Source of the DNA: the human T2T-CHM13v2.0 reference genome, Homo sapiens
Length of the DNA: 64,000 nucleotides
Strand: one strand, 5' to 3'
Assembly: GCF_009914755.1 (NCBI RefSeq)
Contig: NC_060934.1
This document shows, piece by piece, positions 23,576-38,000 of the stretch. Positions within the stretch are counted from its first letter, which is position 1, and each line of letters begins with the position of its first letter. Below the pieces are notes generated by a model. That model was not told where the DNA came from. It was given only the letters and a program-made list of their open reading frames with translations, and did no database searches. Made by a program: the position numbers and the translations under genes.

Positions 23576-25919
23576 TTACCCTCAGGAATCAGGGCAACAC
23601 TGGCAGCAAAACCCAGATGGGGAAGCCAGGTTGCCAGGGCCTGAAAATAGGGAAATCAGGTTGCCAGGAGCGGGAAGGTACTCCAGGGCCCTGGAAGCTC
23701 CACTGATTTGGCAATGGATACTCAAGACTCTTCCCAGACCACAGGTTCTAGAAGCAAATGGCCCAGTGGGGGTGGTAAATATCTTCAGGGTGGAAGGCTG
23801 GCCCTGGTCAGTTACTAGGAAAGTTCCCACCTTCCTGTGACAGTTTCCTTAGCTCATTTCTGCAGAGGCCAACAAATGTGTACTGAGCGCCTGCCACATG
23901 CCAGCCAGACTGTGGTCACCCCGTTCCAGAAGCCAGTACAGCAGGGGACAGACTTTGGCGGCACTGTCTCAGACTGGTCAGACTCACAGGGCAGGCGCCA
24001 TTTTTCCTTTTCTGTGGACAAGGTATCTTGCCCCAAATCTGACATCCCCTCCAGATCTGGGAGGCCCAGGTGGTGCCAGAGCCAGGTATGCTGTGTGGCG
24101 GCCAGTCCAGGCCACGCTGAGTCACTTCGGGAAGGGTGGCACCAGCTTGGGGCTCTCTCCATGGTCTCCACACCCCCAGCCATCCCTTGGCCTTGCTGTC
24201 CCCGCTCTGGTGGCTCTCTTGGGGCCCTCATGCTGTGCATCCTGGGGGCACCCCTCCCGCTGGATTCTTTACACAGTGTAGCCTTGCCTACGGTAACTCG
24301 AGGCCTAGGACCCAGCTGGGGACAAGGACTCTAAGGAAAATTACCTATGGCCTCCGGAGGCTGAAGGAGTGGGGGAAGGAGGAGTTGATCTTGGGGACAG
24401 CCCATCCCCAGCCCAGACACCTAAAATCCCAGGCCTCTGAAGACGGACCTAGGGCCAGCAGGCCCAGCCTACTATCTACCCTGCCAGACCCAAGGAAGGC
24501 AAGCGTGGGCTCCAGCAGGTGCCCTGTGGACTCCACTCATCCCGTGGGCTATCAGCAACAGAGGGTTACTCATAACGGAGCCCTAGAAAGTCACTCCGTT
24601 GGCCTGGGGAGTTGTCAAGTTCACCAGAGTGGTGCTCATCGGGCCAAACCCGCCACGCAGGCCAGAGCCCGGCCACCACTCTCGGGCTGGCCTTTCCCAA
24701 GGCCCCTCTTCCTCAGGCTCTGCTTCCTGGGCCCTCCGCCCTTGCTGCTCCCACTCAGGCTCTGACTCCTTCTATAGCAAACCTCTTTCAGCCACATAAA
24801 CCCCCTCTGCACCAGCCCTGGGTCAGCACCATCCTGACGGCCCCGCCCTGTCTCCCTCTTCACTGGCAGATTCCTTCTCTCCCACCAAAACCCGCCTCTG
24901 CAGCAGCCACTCCGGAAGCAGGCCCAAGCTCCTGTGTGTACCCCATTTCCTGCCAAGCGTGCAGGGAACCCTGACCCCACATGCCACGGCCTGGTTCACA
25001 GTGGGTGCATCGTGCAGCCTGGGGGCAGAGGGTAGGTAGGAAGGAAGGGCCCACCCGGTCGGCCCTCCCAACTGGGCCTCTGTTTGCACAGCCCTGGGGT
25101 CCTGAGGCCTACACCCCAGGATGCCGTGGGTAAGAACAGACCTTGGAGGCCCAGAGCCACGCGTGTCCTCTGAATGGTGGCCAACCCAGGGGCCCCTCTC
25201 CGAGGGCACCCCACAGGCCACACGGTGGCGACGTTTCTGCACCAGGCCCCAGATGGCAGATGGCCTGCCCGAACACAGAAGGTGTGGGAGCTGACGCCAA
25301 AGGGCCTCCCGGTGCTCTCACAATTGGAAAACAAACATTTTGTTTCTGTGGTGTACATTCCAGCCAGCACACACTCAGGACAGGACTCGTGAAACCACCT
25401 CGCTCGCAGCTTGGCGTGAAGAGAATTCTTTGCCTAACAAAAGTCAAGGGACCTTTCCAAAGCACACAGGGTTCTGGCGGGGGGCCGAGGCTAATGTACT
25501 GCCTGCGCCCACAGACCTTGAATAGAGTCGACCAGCAGGGCTCACAGTTTTGGGGGTGGCTTCTGAGCAGGACTAGCGATGCAGAAGGTATGTCCAAGGC
25601 TCTCAGAGGGGCTGGTGGGCACTCGTTCGCATTCAGCTGCCTGGGGCCACATCGGGGTGCTGAAGACAGGACTGCTGAGCACGGCCTCTGGGCTCCACCC
25701 CAGCAGCTCACAACTCTGTTCCAGATATTGTCTTCCATGGAGGGCACACTCTTGGAGAAGTGAGCAAATCACCAACTGGTTTAGCCACTCTTGCAGATGA
25801 GCAGACAGAGGCCGAGTGAGGAGAAGGGACATGCCCCAGACTGCACAGCTGCGTGATGTGCAATCGCACCCCATCACTCTGGGCTGTGCTCAGGAAAGCA
25901 TGCAGTCCTCCGGCAGGAC

Positions 25920-26080
25920 GGTGGGGTAGTATGGGCTGGACAGGCCTGGGCTGGAATCCCAGCTCGGGTGTGCCCCGAGGGAACTTGGCAAATCATTAAA
26001 CTTCTGTGCCTCAGTTTCTCATGTGTACAAGGCTAATAAGAGCCTCAAAGCCTCAGAAGTGTTTGGAGGGATAAATAGAG
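25920..26080 (+). mobile_element. MIR SINE
   Basis: CTTGGCAAATCATTAAACTTCTGTGCCTCAGTTTCTCATGTGTA. Confidence 0.72.
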
Positions 26081-27013
26081 ACCACCAAGGGTGCGATCCC
26101 CCCTTCCCACACTCCACCCCACAACTGTGCCTCTGTCTCTCTGTGGACACAGCAAGGCCACAGCAAAGGGGTCTGGGAGCTCTGCTTATATCCAACCACT
26201 CTTGCTAACAACAATCTGCTTTCAAGAGCAAGAAGACACGCCAGCAACACAAAAGATAAAATACCCAGGAATGAACTTATAAGAACTGGGAAAATTGATA
26301 GAAAAAAAAAAAAAACTTTAAAGAACAGAAAAGCAAGACTGAACAAATAGAAATAAATCCTGTGTGAGGGATAGGAAGACTCAACCTCAAAAAGGTGTAA
26401 ATTCTCCCTAAATTAATTCAGAAGTCTAATATGATCCCAATCTAAAATATCAACAGTACTCCCAATCCCCATGGTCTTAAGACAGACTAATTTTCAAGTT
26501 TTTAATGAAAAAATAAACAAGTGAGATTAGTCAGGAAAACTCTGTAAAGAACAGTGGGGAAGCTAACCCTCCTAGACTAGCCCGTACCATATAATATGCC
26601 AAAACACATTACTAAGCCTCCATAACTAAAACAGCATATTAGTATGAACGTACATGCATACCTACAGAGACCAATGAAACAGAATGTTCTGAAATAGACC
26701 CAGTTTGGTATATGATAAGGGTAGAATCTCAAAGCAGAGGAGAAAAGATGGCATTCTCAACAGATGGTACTGAAACAGACAGGCAGCTACATTAAAGAAA
26801 ATGCTGGCTCCATACTCACACCACATACAAGATAAACTCAACACAGACCAAAGAGTGTAATATAACCCATCAAAGTACTAGAAGAAAACAGGAGACTTCC
26901 TTTATCATCTCGTGAGAAAAAAAGGCCTTTCTAAAACTCAAAATCCAGAGCCATAAAAGAAATAAGTAATAAATTTGATAAAAACATTTACATGTCAAAA
27001 AATGCCAAAAGCA

Positions 27014-28006
27014 CTGGTAGGAATGTAAGATGGTACAGTCGTTGCGGAGAACAGTTTGGCAGCTTCTCAAAATGTTCAACACAGAGTTACCATCAGACCC
27101 AGCAATTCCATGTCTAAGAAATGAAAACATATGTCTATGTAGAAACTTGTACACAAACATTTACAACAGTGTTATTCAAAATATCCAAAAAGTAGAAACA
27201 GCCCAAATGTCTATCAACTGGTGAATGGACACATAAAATGTGGTCTAGCTGTACAACAGAATATTATTTGGCCATAAAAAGAAAGGAGATACTGATACAT
27301 GCTACGGTGTGGATGACCCTTGAAAGCATGACGCTAAGTGAAGGAAGCCAGACGCAAAAGGCCACATATTTCATGGATCCATTGATATGAAATGTCCAGA
27401 ATAGGGAAACCCACTGATACGGTTTGGCTGTGTCCCCACCCAAATCTCATCTTGAATTGTAGTTCCCATAATCCCCACGTTTCGTGGGAGGGACACAGTG
27501 GAAGGTAACTGAATCATGGGGGCAGTTACCTTCATGCTACTCTTGTGATAGTTAGTTCTCACGAGAGCTGATGGTTTTATAAGGGGCTTTGTTCAGCACT
27601 TCTCTCACCTGCCGCCATGTGAAGAAGGATGTGTTTGCTTCCCCTTCCGCCATGACTGTAAGTTTCCAGAGGCCTCCCCGGCCATGTGGAACTGTGAGTC
27701 AATTAAGACTCTTTCCTTTAAAATTACCCAGTCTCAAGTATTTCCTTATGGCAACGTGAGGATGCACTAATACACCCATGGAGACAGAACACAGTTTTGT
27801 GGTTGCCAGTGGCTGGGAGTGGTGGTGGCTGAAGGGGACGGGGAGTGACTGCTAAGGGGTATGGACTTTCTTTTGAGGTGATAAAAATGTTCTAAAATTG
27901 ATTGTGGTGATGGCTGTAGAACTCTGTGAATATATTCAAGACCACTAAGTTGTACACCTTAAATGGGTGAACTGTGTGGTATATGAATTATATCTCAATA
28001 AAGCTC
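27014..28006 (+). mobile_element. L1MB-like 3' end inserted in the older L1
   Basis: Typical L1MB 3'UTR ending GAATTATATCTCAATAAAGCT; flanked by AATG(C/T)CAAAAGCA direct repeats at ~27001-27013 and ~28010-28022. Confidence 0.82.
27415..27774 (+). mobile_element. THE1 (C/D-like) solo LTR
   Basis: TGATACGGTTTGGCTGTGTCCCCACCCAAATCTCATCTTGAATTGTAG...CTAATACA; 5-bp TSD CCCAC (27410-27414) / CCCAT (27775-27779). Confidence 0.93.
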
Positions 28007-28064
28007 AAGAATGTCAAAAGCAAAGTCAGAAAACAAAGAACAAATTAGTAATAAATATTTGTAA

Positions 28065-28487
<423 letters not shown>

Positions 28488-30569
28488 TAAAAATAGCCTT
28501 TAAATATACAAAAGATGTTCAACTGATTAGAAAAACGCAAACTAAAATGACAGAGAAACCATTTACCTATCTGGTTGTGAAAATGTCAACTGCTGGACCA
28601 GCCTCTACTGAGAGGTGGGGTGGGAAACAAACCACCCTGAACGTGGCCCTCTGAGATGCAGGGAGGAAGGGCTCCTACAGCGTTAACCTGGCAACATCCT
28701 CCAAGAGGCCAAAGGCACACGACGTGTGACCAAGCAATCCCAATGGGAACGGACCCTGCAGAAGACGGATCTCCCATGCCCAAAGGGACTCATGCACGTG
28801 AAATTCACAGCTGAAGCAGCCCGGAGGAGTCGGCAGGGGACCCCGCAAAGTGGGTACATCTGTGCAGTGGAACACCGTGCAGCCAAAAAAAAGGGCATGA
28901 GAACACCTCCAGGGTTTACTATTCAAGAGAACAAGATACAGCAAGGTATGTATTGCATGCTATTATCTCCTCTGTTATAATAAGAATTGAAATTCCTATT
29001 TGCTTATATTGTAAAAAGGAGCACAAGAAACTAGCGGTCCATCTGAGGGCATGGGAGATGGGAGAGATGGGGCAAGAGTTTACTCTGTATGTTGTTTTAA
29101 TTTTCGAACACGTGAATGTACTGTCCGAAAATGAAATGCCATGTCTATCTCTGTGTGTGTGTATTTATCTTAAGAGCAGAGCACACACTAAGTTAGAAAA
29201 GGCCAAAATCCTATTCACGTGATCGCTTGTGTTTTCCAAGGTCGAATTCCCACCCCATCTCCATATTAAAATCTCTCGATGTTTCTCTACCAAAGTTCTT
29301 TTCTTTCCTTTTCTCTTTATTGGTAGCAACAAAGCGTATGAATTTTTTTTTTTAACGGCACTTTGCAAAATCTGTGGACAAAAAACCTCTACCAGCCCCA
29401 GGTTCCTGCACTTTAATAATCACCAAATTAAATCTGAGTTTCACACAAGGGGGACATGCAAACATCAGGAGGGGCCGACCCCTGAACGGCCAGTGAGCCA
29501 CCCTGTGCCAGACGCCTGCATGTGGGTGGTTAGCCGGGTGGCTTTTCACATGGCTGGTAGGTGCTTTCACAGAACAACAGGAAGAGGGAGATCCCAGGAA
29601 AACACTGTTTTGCTGTACAGAGGTTCAGGTGGCCCCCTGCCCGCCCACCCTGGGATTGCTTTGCACCTGCAGCCTTAGCTGCACCTGTCTTGTCCACAGA
29701 GGCCCACGTTGGCCACTGGGGGCAGCTGCCAGGCCGGGCCCCATCCTGCGGAGGTTAGAGGAGGCTGCCTGTTTGTCACCAATGGTTCTGGGTGGGGAAT
29801 GGCCTCTCATGTCTGTGAGCAGCCTCGGTGGCCGCAGGACACACAGAACACGGACACCTGGGCCAGGTGTCTGCAGTTCTGATGTCTGTGACGCCAGAGC
29901 CCCGCTCCCACTGGCCGTGTTTTCACACCCACCAAGCAGAAGAGATGCAGAGGCGGAGTTCCCAGAGTCAGGTGCAGCTAGACTTCCTCTCGATCTGGGG
30001 GGAGCGAGACTTCTTTCCTCCCAACATCAAAACAGAAGTCATAAGGAGAAGGCAGGCAAGCGCTGCAGAAACACAACTGATTTATCTGCCCAAAGAGGCC
30101 TCAGCACAGAAAACTCCAGGAGCAAGCAGTCACCACAACCCTCCAGAGGCTGCCCTTTCTGACAAAATGCTCCCTGCTCCCACTCGAGAGGGCCCCCTTG
30201 GAAATGGGGTCTAGATGCACCTCTGGGGACCTCCATCTCTCCTCCATTCTGAGCAGGGGCTGGGTCACCCTTGCTGGTGCTGGGCCTCACAGGGTCCGCA
30301 GGTGGCAGGAGACAACCAGACATGCCATGAGGCAGCGCAGGTCCAGGACGTACCTGGCAGGACGCGGGTGCCTGGCTTTGGCTCCAGCCGCCTTGTGCTG
30401 GGCATGCCCTGGGGAAGTCTTGCTTGCTCTGGGCCCATCTGCACAATGAGGGTCTTCGGCTTGAGCCCCGGGTGTCCCTGCCCTACCCTGCAAAGCCACT
30501 GCACCGAGACTAGCTTCGATGCAACTTGCGACCGGGCACCAAATCCAACTCAGACCTGTACTGCTGACC

Positions 30570-31100
30570 ACCCTAATGGCCACCATAGGCCAGATCCCAT
30601 CTTGAGCTCCAGACCCAATGGGCATGTCCCTGCTGATGTCCCACGCTCCTCTCAGCTCAATGTGTCTCAAACCTGATCCAGCACCTTCCTCCCCAAGCTC
30701 TCAGAATAAAAAGCAAACACCTCACTCCAGGGCTAAAGGCCCGGTATCTCCAGGCCAATCTCACTCATACCCTCCCTGCCTACTCAGGCTCCCCTGGACA
30801 CATGGAGCCCCTCCCATGGAGTGCCCTCCATAGGCCAGGATCGCCCGCTTCCTAAACCTCTCTCTCCCGAAAGACTCTTCCTGCCATTGCATAGCCCAGC
30901 TGAAATGAAACAGCCACCCCAGCCCTATCAAAGCCTCCATGGAGCCTCTCTGTGCAGGCAGAGGGAATTTCGCTCTCCATTCTGGAGCCCCCCGCACCCA
31001 GGAGCTGGTGGGCCCTCCCTGTCTGAGTGCCTCTGTGGGCTGCAACCCTGATGCCTGGAAAAACAGGGTCAGGTGGCTGAATGAAGGACTGAAATGATGA
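30570..31100 (+). mobile_element. L2 LINE fragments
   Basis: TGAGCTCCAGACCC...GATGTCCCAC...CTCAGCTCAATGTGTCTCAAACCTGA and a TGAATGAA-type tail. Confidence 0.5.
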
Positions 31101-31140
31101 TCCATTTGGGGTGGGATCCTGCCTGTCAACACTAGGACCG

Positions 31141-31449
<309 letters not shown>

Positions 31450-34400
31450 AACACTGGGACCGGTGCTTCCTTGGGCATGTTACGCAATCTGAGTTTCTCT
31501 TTTCCCATCTGTAAAATGGGGAAATAAAACTGCCCTAGAGGGGCTGCATGGAGTTGAAATGAGATCACAAGCAGCTCGGGGCTCAGAGGGGTTTGAACAG
31601 CACCTGATGGTGCCAGCTGCACCACGACAGAGGGAGTGACCCACGTTGCCCACGAGCAGCCCCAGGCAGACACAGCACAAGGAGGACCACTGACCACCTC
31701 ACCCCACCCACAAACAGTCCATGAAAGCAGAGACCCCAGGCATGCTGGGGCGGGGGAGGCCATGCTGGCCCTCGCTGGCTACTGGAGCCCTTCAGGGGCG
31801 AGGACAAGGTGGCAGACCAGCAAGGCTTGGCCAGCACATCCCAGCACGTCCAGCAGGGCAGCTGGCCATGGACATGCCCGCTGGTGGTGGGTGTGGAAGG
31901 ACATTCCTGGGCACATTCTGCTCCTCTGGGCTCAGCTGGCCCCACCTGCAGCGCCAGAAGTGAGTGGTGGGGACAAAGTATATGTAGGGCCCTGGTGTTC
32001 CCTGAGCCCCACAGGACCTGCTGGAGACTGCATTTGCTAAGGCTTTTCTCACCTGGAGGCAAACCAAATACTGGCTTAGCTATTGGGTGGAGATGTGGGG
32101 AGACTCACCCCAGACTTACCCACCAGGGACCCTTCCTGGGGTGGCTCAGCCTCTTGCCCATATAAGTCCCGTCTCTCTAACCCAATGTGACACCTGACAG
32201 GGAGCCCCTAGTTCAGGGCTTCTGGACCACAGGGATTCAGAGGTGGGCCATGGGGGGTTGGGTTCTGTATTTTCTACCAGGACCGGGCCAGACCCACCCC
32301 AGCAGGAGGTCAGGATTCTGTGCCAGGTTCAGGCACTCAGGAAATGTTTCCTTAAAGAGTACTGGAGGTGCCAGGAGATCCCCAAGAGGGCTGAGGACAG
32401 GGCCCATCCTCAGCAGTGGGCATGCAGCCCGGGGCATGCTGTTTGCCACCAAACAGACACAGAAATAGAAAATCTGCTCTGTCTAGCTGAGTGGCCTTGG
32501 GCGGGTCATGGTGGGCATCACGAGGCAGACCTCTCGAGGCAGCTGTGCAGGCTGGATCAGAAGGGGTCCTGGGAAGACCCAGCTCAAGGCCCAGGGTGCT
32601 TGGCAGGTGGGGCTCCCACTCAGAGGCCCAACTCAGGCTCCAGAAGGGTTGGCCGGGGTGGGTCTCTGTTCTTTTGACTTTCCCAGGGACACACCTCAAC
32701 ATAACTATGAATTTTCTGATAGGCTTTTCCCCCCCTTTCTATATTTTCCCCTTTTGTTCATTACTGTTTAAATGCTTGGCAGAATATACAAACACAGCGC
32801 CCGCATCCCAGAGTGCCTAGCTGCGTCTGAGTGAAAGTGCTGGAGACAGATGCCTGGGGCGGGCATGGGGGGACCTCTCACCTCCATCAGCTCATCATCC
32901 AGGCACAAGGGACAGGCTCTGCCAGCCTCCTTTTACACCTGGAGAGACAGAGGTTGGTTTGGGCAAACTCCCACCGAGAGGCAGTGGCAGGGCCAGGTTC
33001 AAATCCAGATCTGTCTGTTCAAAGCCTGCACCCACCCTTAACCACCACGCTGCACCTCACTGCTACCATAAAATACCAGAATTCAGGATGGCAGAAAATC
33101 ACTTTCTACCCCTAGGAACCCCCAGCAAGCCTTGCCTGCTGCTTGGTAAAAATTCCCAACTACAAGGCTGAAAGCCCTTGGGCAGAGCCACCACACCAAC
33201 TGGAGCAGCAAAGAAGGCAATTCAGGGAGCCCTGACGGCTGCACCTTGCTACAGGTGCATTCTCAGGTGCACCCCGTGGGCTTGTCTGCGAGTGTGAGGA
33301 GCAGCACAGCCTCAGGCCCTCCACACCTCTCCGGCCAGCACCCTCAGCCTGCACAGCTCTGCGCGGCAGGTTGGGGAGGGATCGTGTTCCTGAGCAGCCA
33401 AGCCTTGGCCCAGAAAAGGGCAGGCAGTGGCTGGGATAACAAGGGGAGTAGGGGGCACACCAAGATGGCCCCTGAAGAATGTGCAGGGCTTGGAGCCACC
33501 CTAAATCATTCTTAAATCCACGTGTTTCTTCCTGTGCAGAAAACCAACCCAAAGGTGGAGATGCCATGAATCCCACCAGTCCGTCATCCCCTAGAATCTT
33601 GTCTTGTCCTGGGAACAAAGGCAGGGCATTTCTGGAGGTTCGTTCTGGTGTCCTAGCAGCTGCAGAGCCTCGAATGATGGCAGAGCTAATGTTTACTAAG
33701 AATTTACCCTGAGCTCCATGGGATCGCCCCACTAAACCCTCACCTCAACCTTGGGAGGGGGCGCTACTGTCATCAGAGGTTTGGTGAGGCCACACAGGGA
33801 GTGAGTGGGGAGGATCTAGGTGCCAGCAGTCTGAATCCGGGATCAGGCGCTGACCACCATGCAATACAGCCCCGAGCGCAGGAAGAGAGGAGGAGGAAAA
33901 AGACAGCCCCCGCTGCGGCAGAGCAGAGTGAGGCAACAGCCCGGCAAAGGCCGCAGAGGGCACGCCCCGCTGACCCCACACTAGGAAGAGCCCTCAGCCA
34001 GATGGGAGGAAGGGACAAAGGCTGTGGGTATTTTACTTTCCTCTGGAGCATACCCCGCCTAGGTGACAAATGATGTGTGTGGGAGAGGCTGAAAGCACCC
34101 AGAAGACAAAACCAGTAAGACAAAACAGGAAGAAACCAGCACAGTGCCCAGAGCAGACACCCTCAGGGGCTGTCCAGAGTCCCGGGCAGCCTCCAACGGA
34201 CCCCGACTGGCTCTCATCCAGTTCCTTCCCTTAAAGGTAAATGCTCACACGTCACACACATACCTCTTCCTCGATATGTTGGATTCACTTCAACATGTTG
34301 CAGTTTCTACAGTGACCAATAATGCTGGGGCCAGTTTAACTCTGAGCCCCCAGTAACCCTTCCAGTGCAGATGGGAAGTGTGAGCTGTGGTGGAATAGTG

Positions 34401-34859
34401 AGAACACTACCCCAAGACCAGCTTCAGGACAGGGCCCCAGCCTCTGGCTGAGACCATCACTGGCTCAGCCCAAGTTAGGAGATGAGCCAACTCTGTCCTG
34501 GCACCAACATCTGGTGCTTCAGAGAAAGCACAGAACCCACTGGGGAGGTGCCTCTCCTTCTATCAGCAAGTGGCTACCACAAAAAGGAACTGCCAGACAA
34601 CCATGTGTCATCACTGAGGCCCATGTTCACTAGAAAACAGGAGCCGAGAGTCACGGGGAACTCAGAGATAAGATTCTAAAATCCTCGAGGGAGCAACCAC
34701 CATGGCCTTAGGGGAAAAGCACCACCCACCCCCAACACACTGGATCCACTGTGCCTGCAAGAGGCCCCTTCCTTGGGAGCCAGAGAGGAGAGGAGCCCCT
34801 TCTTGACCCTCGGTCCCAGGTGTCAACAGGTGGGTCTTATTAAGACGGCAAGCACTGAT

Positions 34860-35070
34860 AAGACTTACAGGTCCCATGAACTAGATCCTAACTATGTGCT
34901 GGGCACTGCGAAAGGAACTTGGCACACCGCGACTCGCTGGTTCCTCCAGAACCCCCAGGAGGCCTGTGCCAGTGATACTATTTTATAGTTGAGGAAACAG
35001 AGGCCTAGAGAGGCTGAGGAACCTGCTAAGGTCACCCAGCTGGAGAGCCGGAAGCCTAAAGCAGGTACAC
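34860..35070 (-). mobile_element. MIR SINE
   Basis: ATTTTATAGTTGAGGAAACAGAGGCCTAGAGAGG...CTAAGGTCACCCAGCT. Confidence 0.75.
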
Positions 35071-38000
35071 AACTGAACAAATGGCGTGTGTGCATACACG
35101 TGTGCATACATGCCCACCCTGAGAACGTGAGTGTTCCTCGAGGAAGAATAAGCCATCGGAGCCCTAACTGACAGTCACCACAAGTGCAGTCAGTGGCTGT
35201 GCCGGGCAGGCTCAGACCACAGGGCGGCCACTTCTGTCTCTCACCCTCAAGAACAGTAGCCCTCCCTGCTGAGAGGCTTTACGGGCAAGCTGCCATGCCA
35301 GCAGGTCCTAGAGATCTTAACAAAGGCACGGGCTCCAGGGAAGGAGAGGACAGCCAGAGCGCCATGCGTGTGAACACGTCCACAGTGACGGGTCTCACTC
35401 TCACACCAACGCCTCTCCGGTGGTTGTGACAAAAGCAAGCCAGCTTCAAGGGTGGGGCAGTGAAGGCAGTGACTCTACCAAAACAGAAGGGCAGCCCGGC
35501 ATAGCCCAGATGTCACCTTCTCAAGCCTGATGACTCCCATCTGCAGAAGCTGCCCGGTGGCCCAACAGGCAGATGGGTGCTCAGGCTGGCTTGCAGGCGT
35601 CCCGCTCTGCCACAGCAGCCAGAATGGTTGCCATCCTTCGGCAGCAATGTCCCTGAGTGAACACGGAACCTGAAATCCCCGTGAGTCAGGATCCCCGAGA
35701 CACAGGGGCACGTGCAACTGCCGATCACAGAAGCTTTCAGACAGTGACTCCAGGCAGAAAGGGTGGCCTTCTCTTCTTATGCAGTGGAATTGGTTCTCAT
35801 TGTAAAATTAAATAGGAGCCAAGAATTGTCCCCATAACTGTTCCTGCAGGGTGGAGGTCGGTCTAGGAGAAACCTCTTGAAGCTGCAGCACACGGCTCTC
35901 TGGCAGTCCGGCAAGACTGCCTTTCTCCTTTCCGCATTACATGCACTCCTCTCCTTCCTTCTTTCATCTCTACCACTGTCTCCTCTAAGTAAGACCCCAC
36001 AGTGTTTTCATGAAAGCAAGAAAAACGGACATTCCTGACGGTATCGTGGGACCTGTCGAGGCAGAATCGCTCACATATGCCTTTTTTCTCACTGTTAGCT
36101 TGAGATGATCTTAAAGAAAGAAAAGAAAGAGCACGAAAAGGACACACAAAACACAAACAAAAATGTCTCTTCCTAGATGGCCGACAGGAAATAAAGCTGT
36201 CTGTCTCTGGAGAGAAACGTCAATTGTTGGAACGCTCAGGTTAAGGGAGAATCACAGAATCAAGGATCACACTCACCCAGCTGAAAGCAAGAAAGCAACT
36301 TCCAATTGATTGAGGGGAAAAAAATTAATTGCAGCTTTAGAAAAATCTCTTCTGTGAGGCTGGGCTGTGGGGCCATTGAAGCCCAGGCGGCTCGGCAGGG
36401 CCCTCAGCAGTTCTCCCTATTCACGACGCGCAGGTGGCTGATAAATTTCCCAGGGTTTCTCGGCGCGGTGATTGCGCCTGGCTCTTTCAGCGTGGCTGCA
36501 GGAATCTATACAGGTCCACTTAAATCAGTCTGAAGCTGTGAAAGCCTCCATCACTCGTCGCCCGGGCCCGGCCGCCCAAACAGAGCCCCGGGAGGGCCAG
36601 CGGGGGGGTGCAGGGCTGGGAGGACAGTGCCAATTAAAAATCTGAGCCTGTGGGCCTTTCTCTCTCTTGTTTTCATTCCTACAGCTACATTGTGTCCACT
36701 GGCAGCGGATTCCAAAGGCGAAGAGGCTGCATTCACGGCCCGGAGCTTTAGAGCCGCCATCCCGAACCAGGCTAATTAAAAACGTGATTTCCCCCACAGG
36801 GCTGCCCCCAGGAGCAGTGAGGATGGAAGGCTCAGAAGATGAGGCGCAGCGGTGCACGCTGGGCGGCTCCTGGAGCGGCCGGCAGGCTAGGAAGACAGGG
36901 CCCTTTCTGACCACCGCCCCATCCTCAGAGAGACACAGGGCATCCAGAGGTTGGAGATGCCCATCTGTACATGGCATCTGCCCCCAGAAAAGGCTGGTCC
37001 CTTGGGTCTCTGGAACATTCTAGTGTTTCCTGCTCATGCCAGGGGCCTCCACACCTGCTCGGGAAGAAAGGGCAAAACTGGCCTTGCTCCAACGAAGATG
37101 TGACTCAGGTAAATTCACCACCCGGTGCCTGCTCCCAGGGCACCTGGTGGGCCACAAGCCACCAGGCCTTGAGCTGCTTATAGTTGGGGGAAGAGGGTAC
37201 CCAGGCCTGGCCACTTTGCAGCTATTTGTCTACCGCCTGGTCACTTGGCCCCTCCGAGCCTGCCTCAATTGGAAAATGCTGGTAAGGAGAGCTAGCTCAC
37301 CGAGTTAGCTGGGCTAGCACAGTCATGGCACACAGCCCTTACCCAGTGACAGCTAAGACCGCAACTCATAGCACTACCAGTGGCTACAGCCCCTTCACGT
37401 CCTCTGCCAGCAAACCTAGGAGCTTTGGCTCTGCAAAGGCCAATTAGAACCCCCAGAGACAGGGCTGGGGCTGCTCACTGCCCGCCCTCCTTCCTTCCTT
37501 CCCTTTAGAATTCCAGGACAGCTCCTAGCCTAGAAATGAAGATGTGGGTGGCAACTCTGTTCTTTCAGTGAAATGCACATCACTTCTGGCTGACCTGCCT
37601 GGCACTCAGCAACCCTTCTCCAAATTACCAGGGTTTCCTCCTGGCAGGAACAGCTCAGAAATGTACCACTCAAAGGGTTTTGCCACTGAGGGAGGCCTGA
37701 GAGGTGACCTTCCTGGGGTGCTCAGAGAAGCTTGGGATGTCAGTTTCCCACATGGCTGTGGGTAGGGAACCCGAGAGTGCAGATGGGTCCTGGGGGTGGC
37801 AGCAGGGATGGGCATGGGGGAGGGAGGCAGAAGAGGGCCATTTGGGCTGGCTTTTCCAGCCAGAGCCTGCTCTGACAGGTAGGCTGGGAGATGGAAGGGG
37901 ACGGCGCATCAGTCCCTCTGCTGCAGGACTCGGTGCTGCAAGAACATCTGTCCCTAAGTAGGTGATGGTGGCCCCTCCACATCCAGAGTTCTGAGGGGCC

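Noticed and set aside
29316-29321. Minus-strand AATAAA as an intronic FAM53B poly(A) site
   Set aside because: The downstream sequence is purine/A-rich with no GU/U element, and no upstream acceptor was identified.
33748-33768. CTCF-like AGGGGGCGCTA (also partial matches near 15934 and 29712)
   Set aside because: Each lacks one half of the core motif, and such partial matches are frequent in GC-rich DNA.
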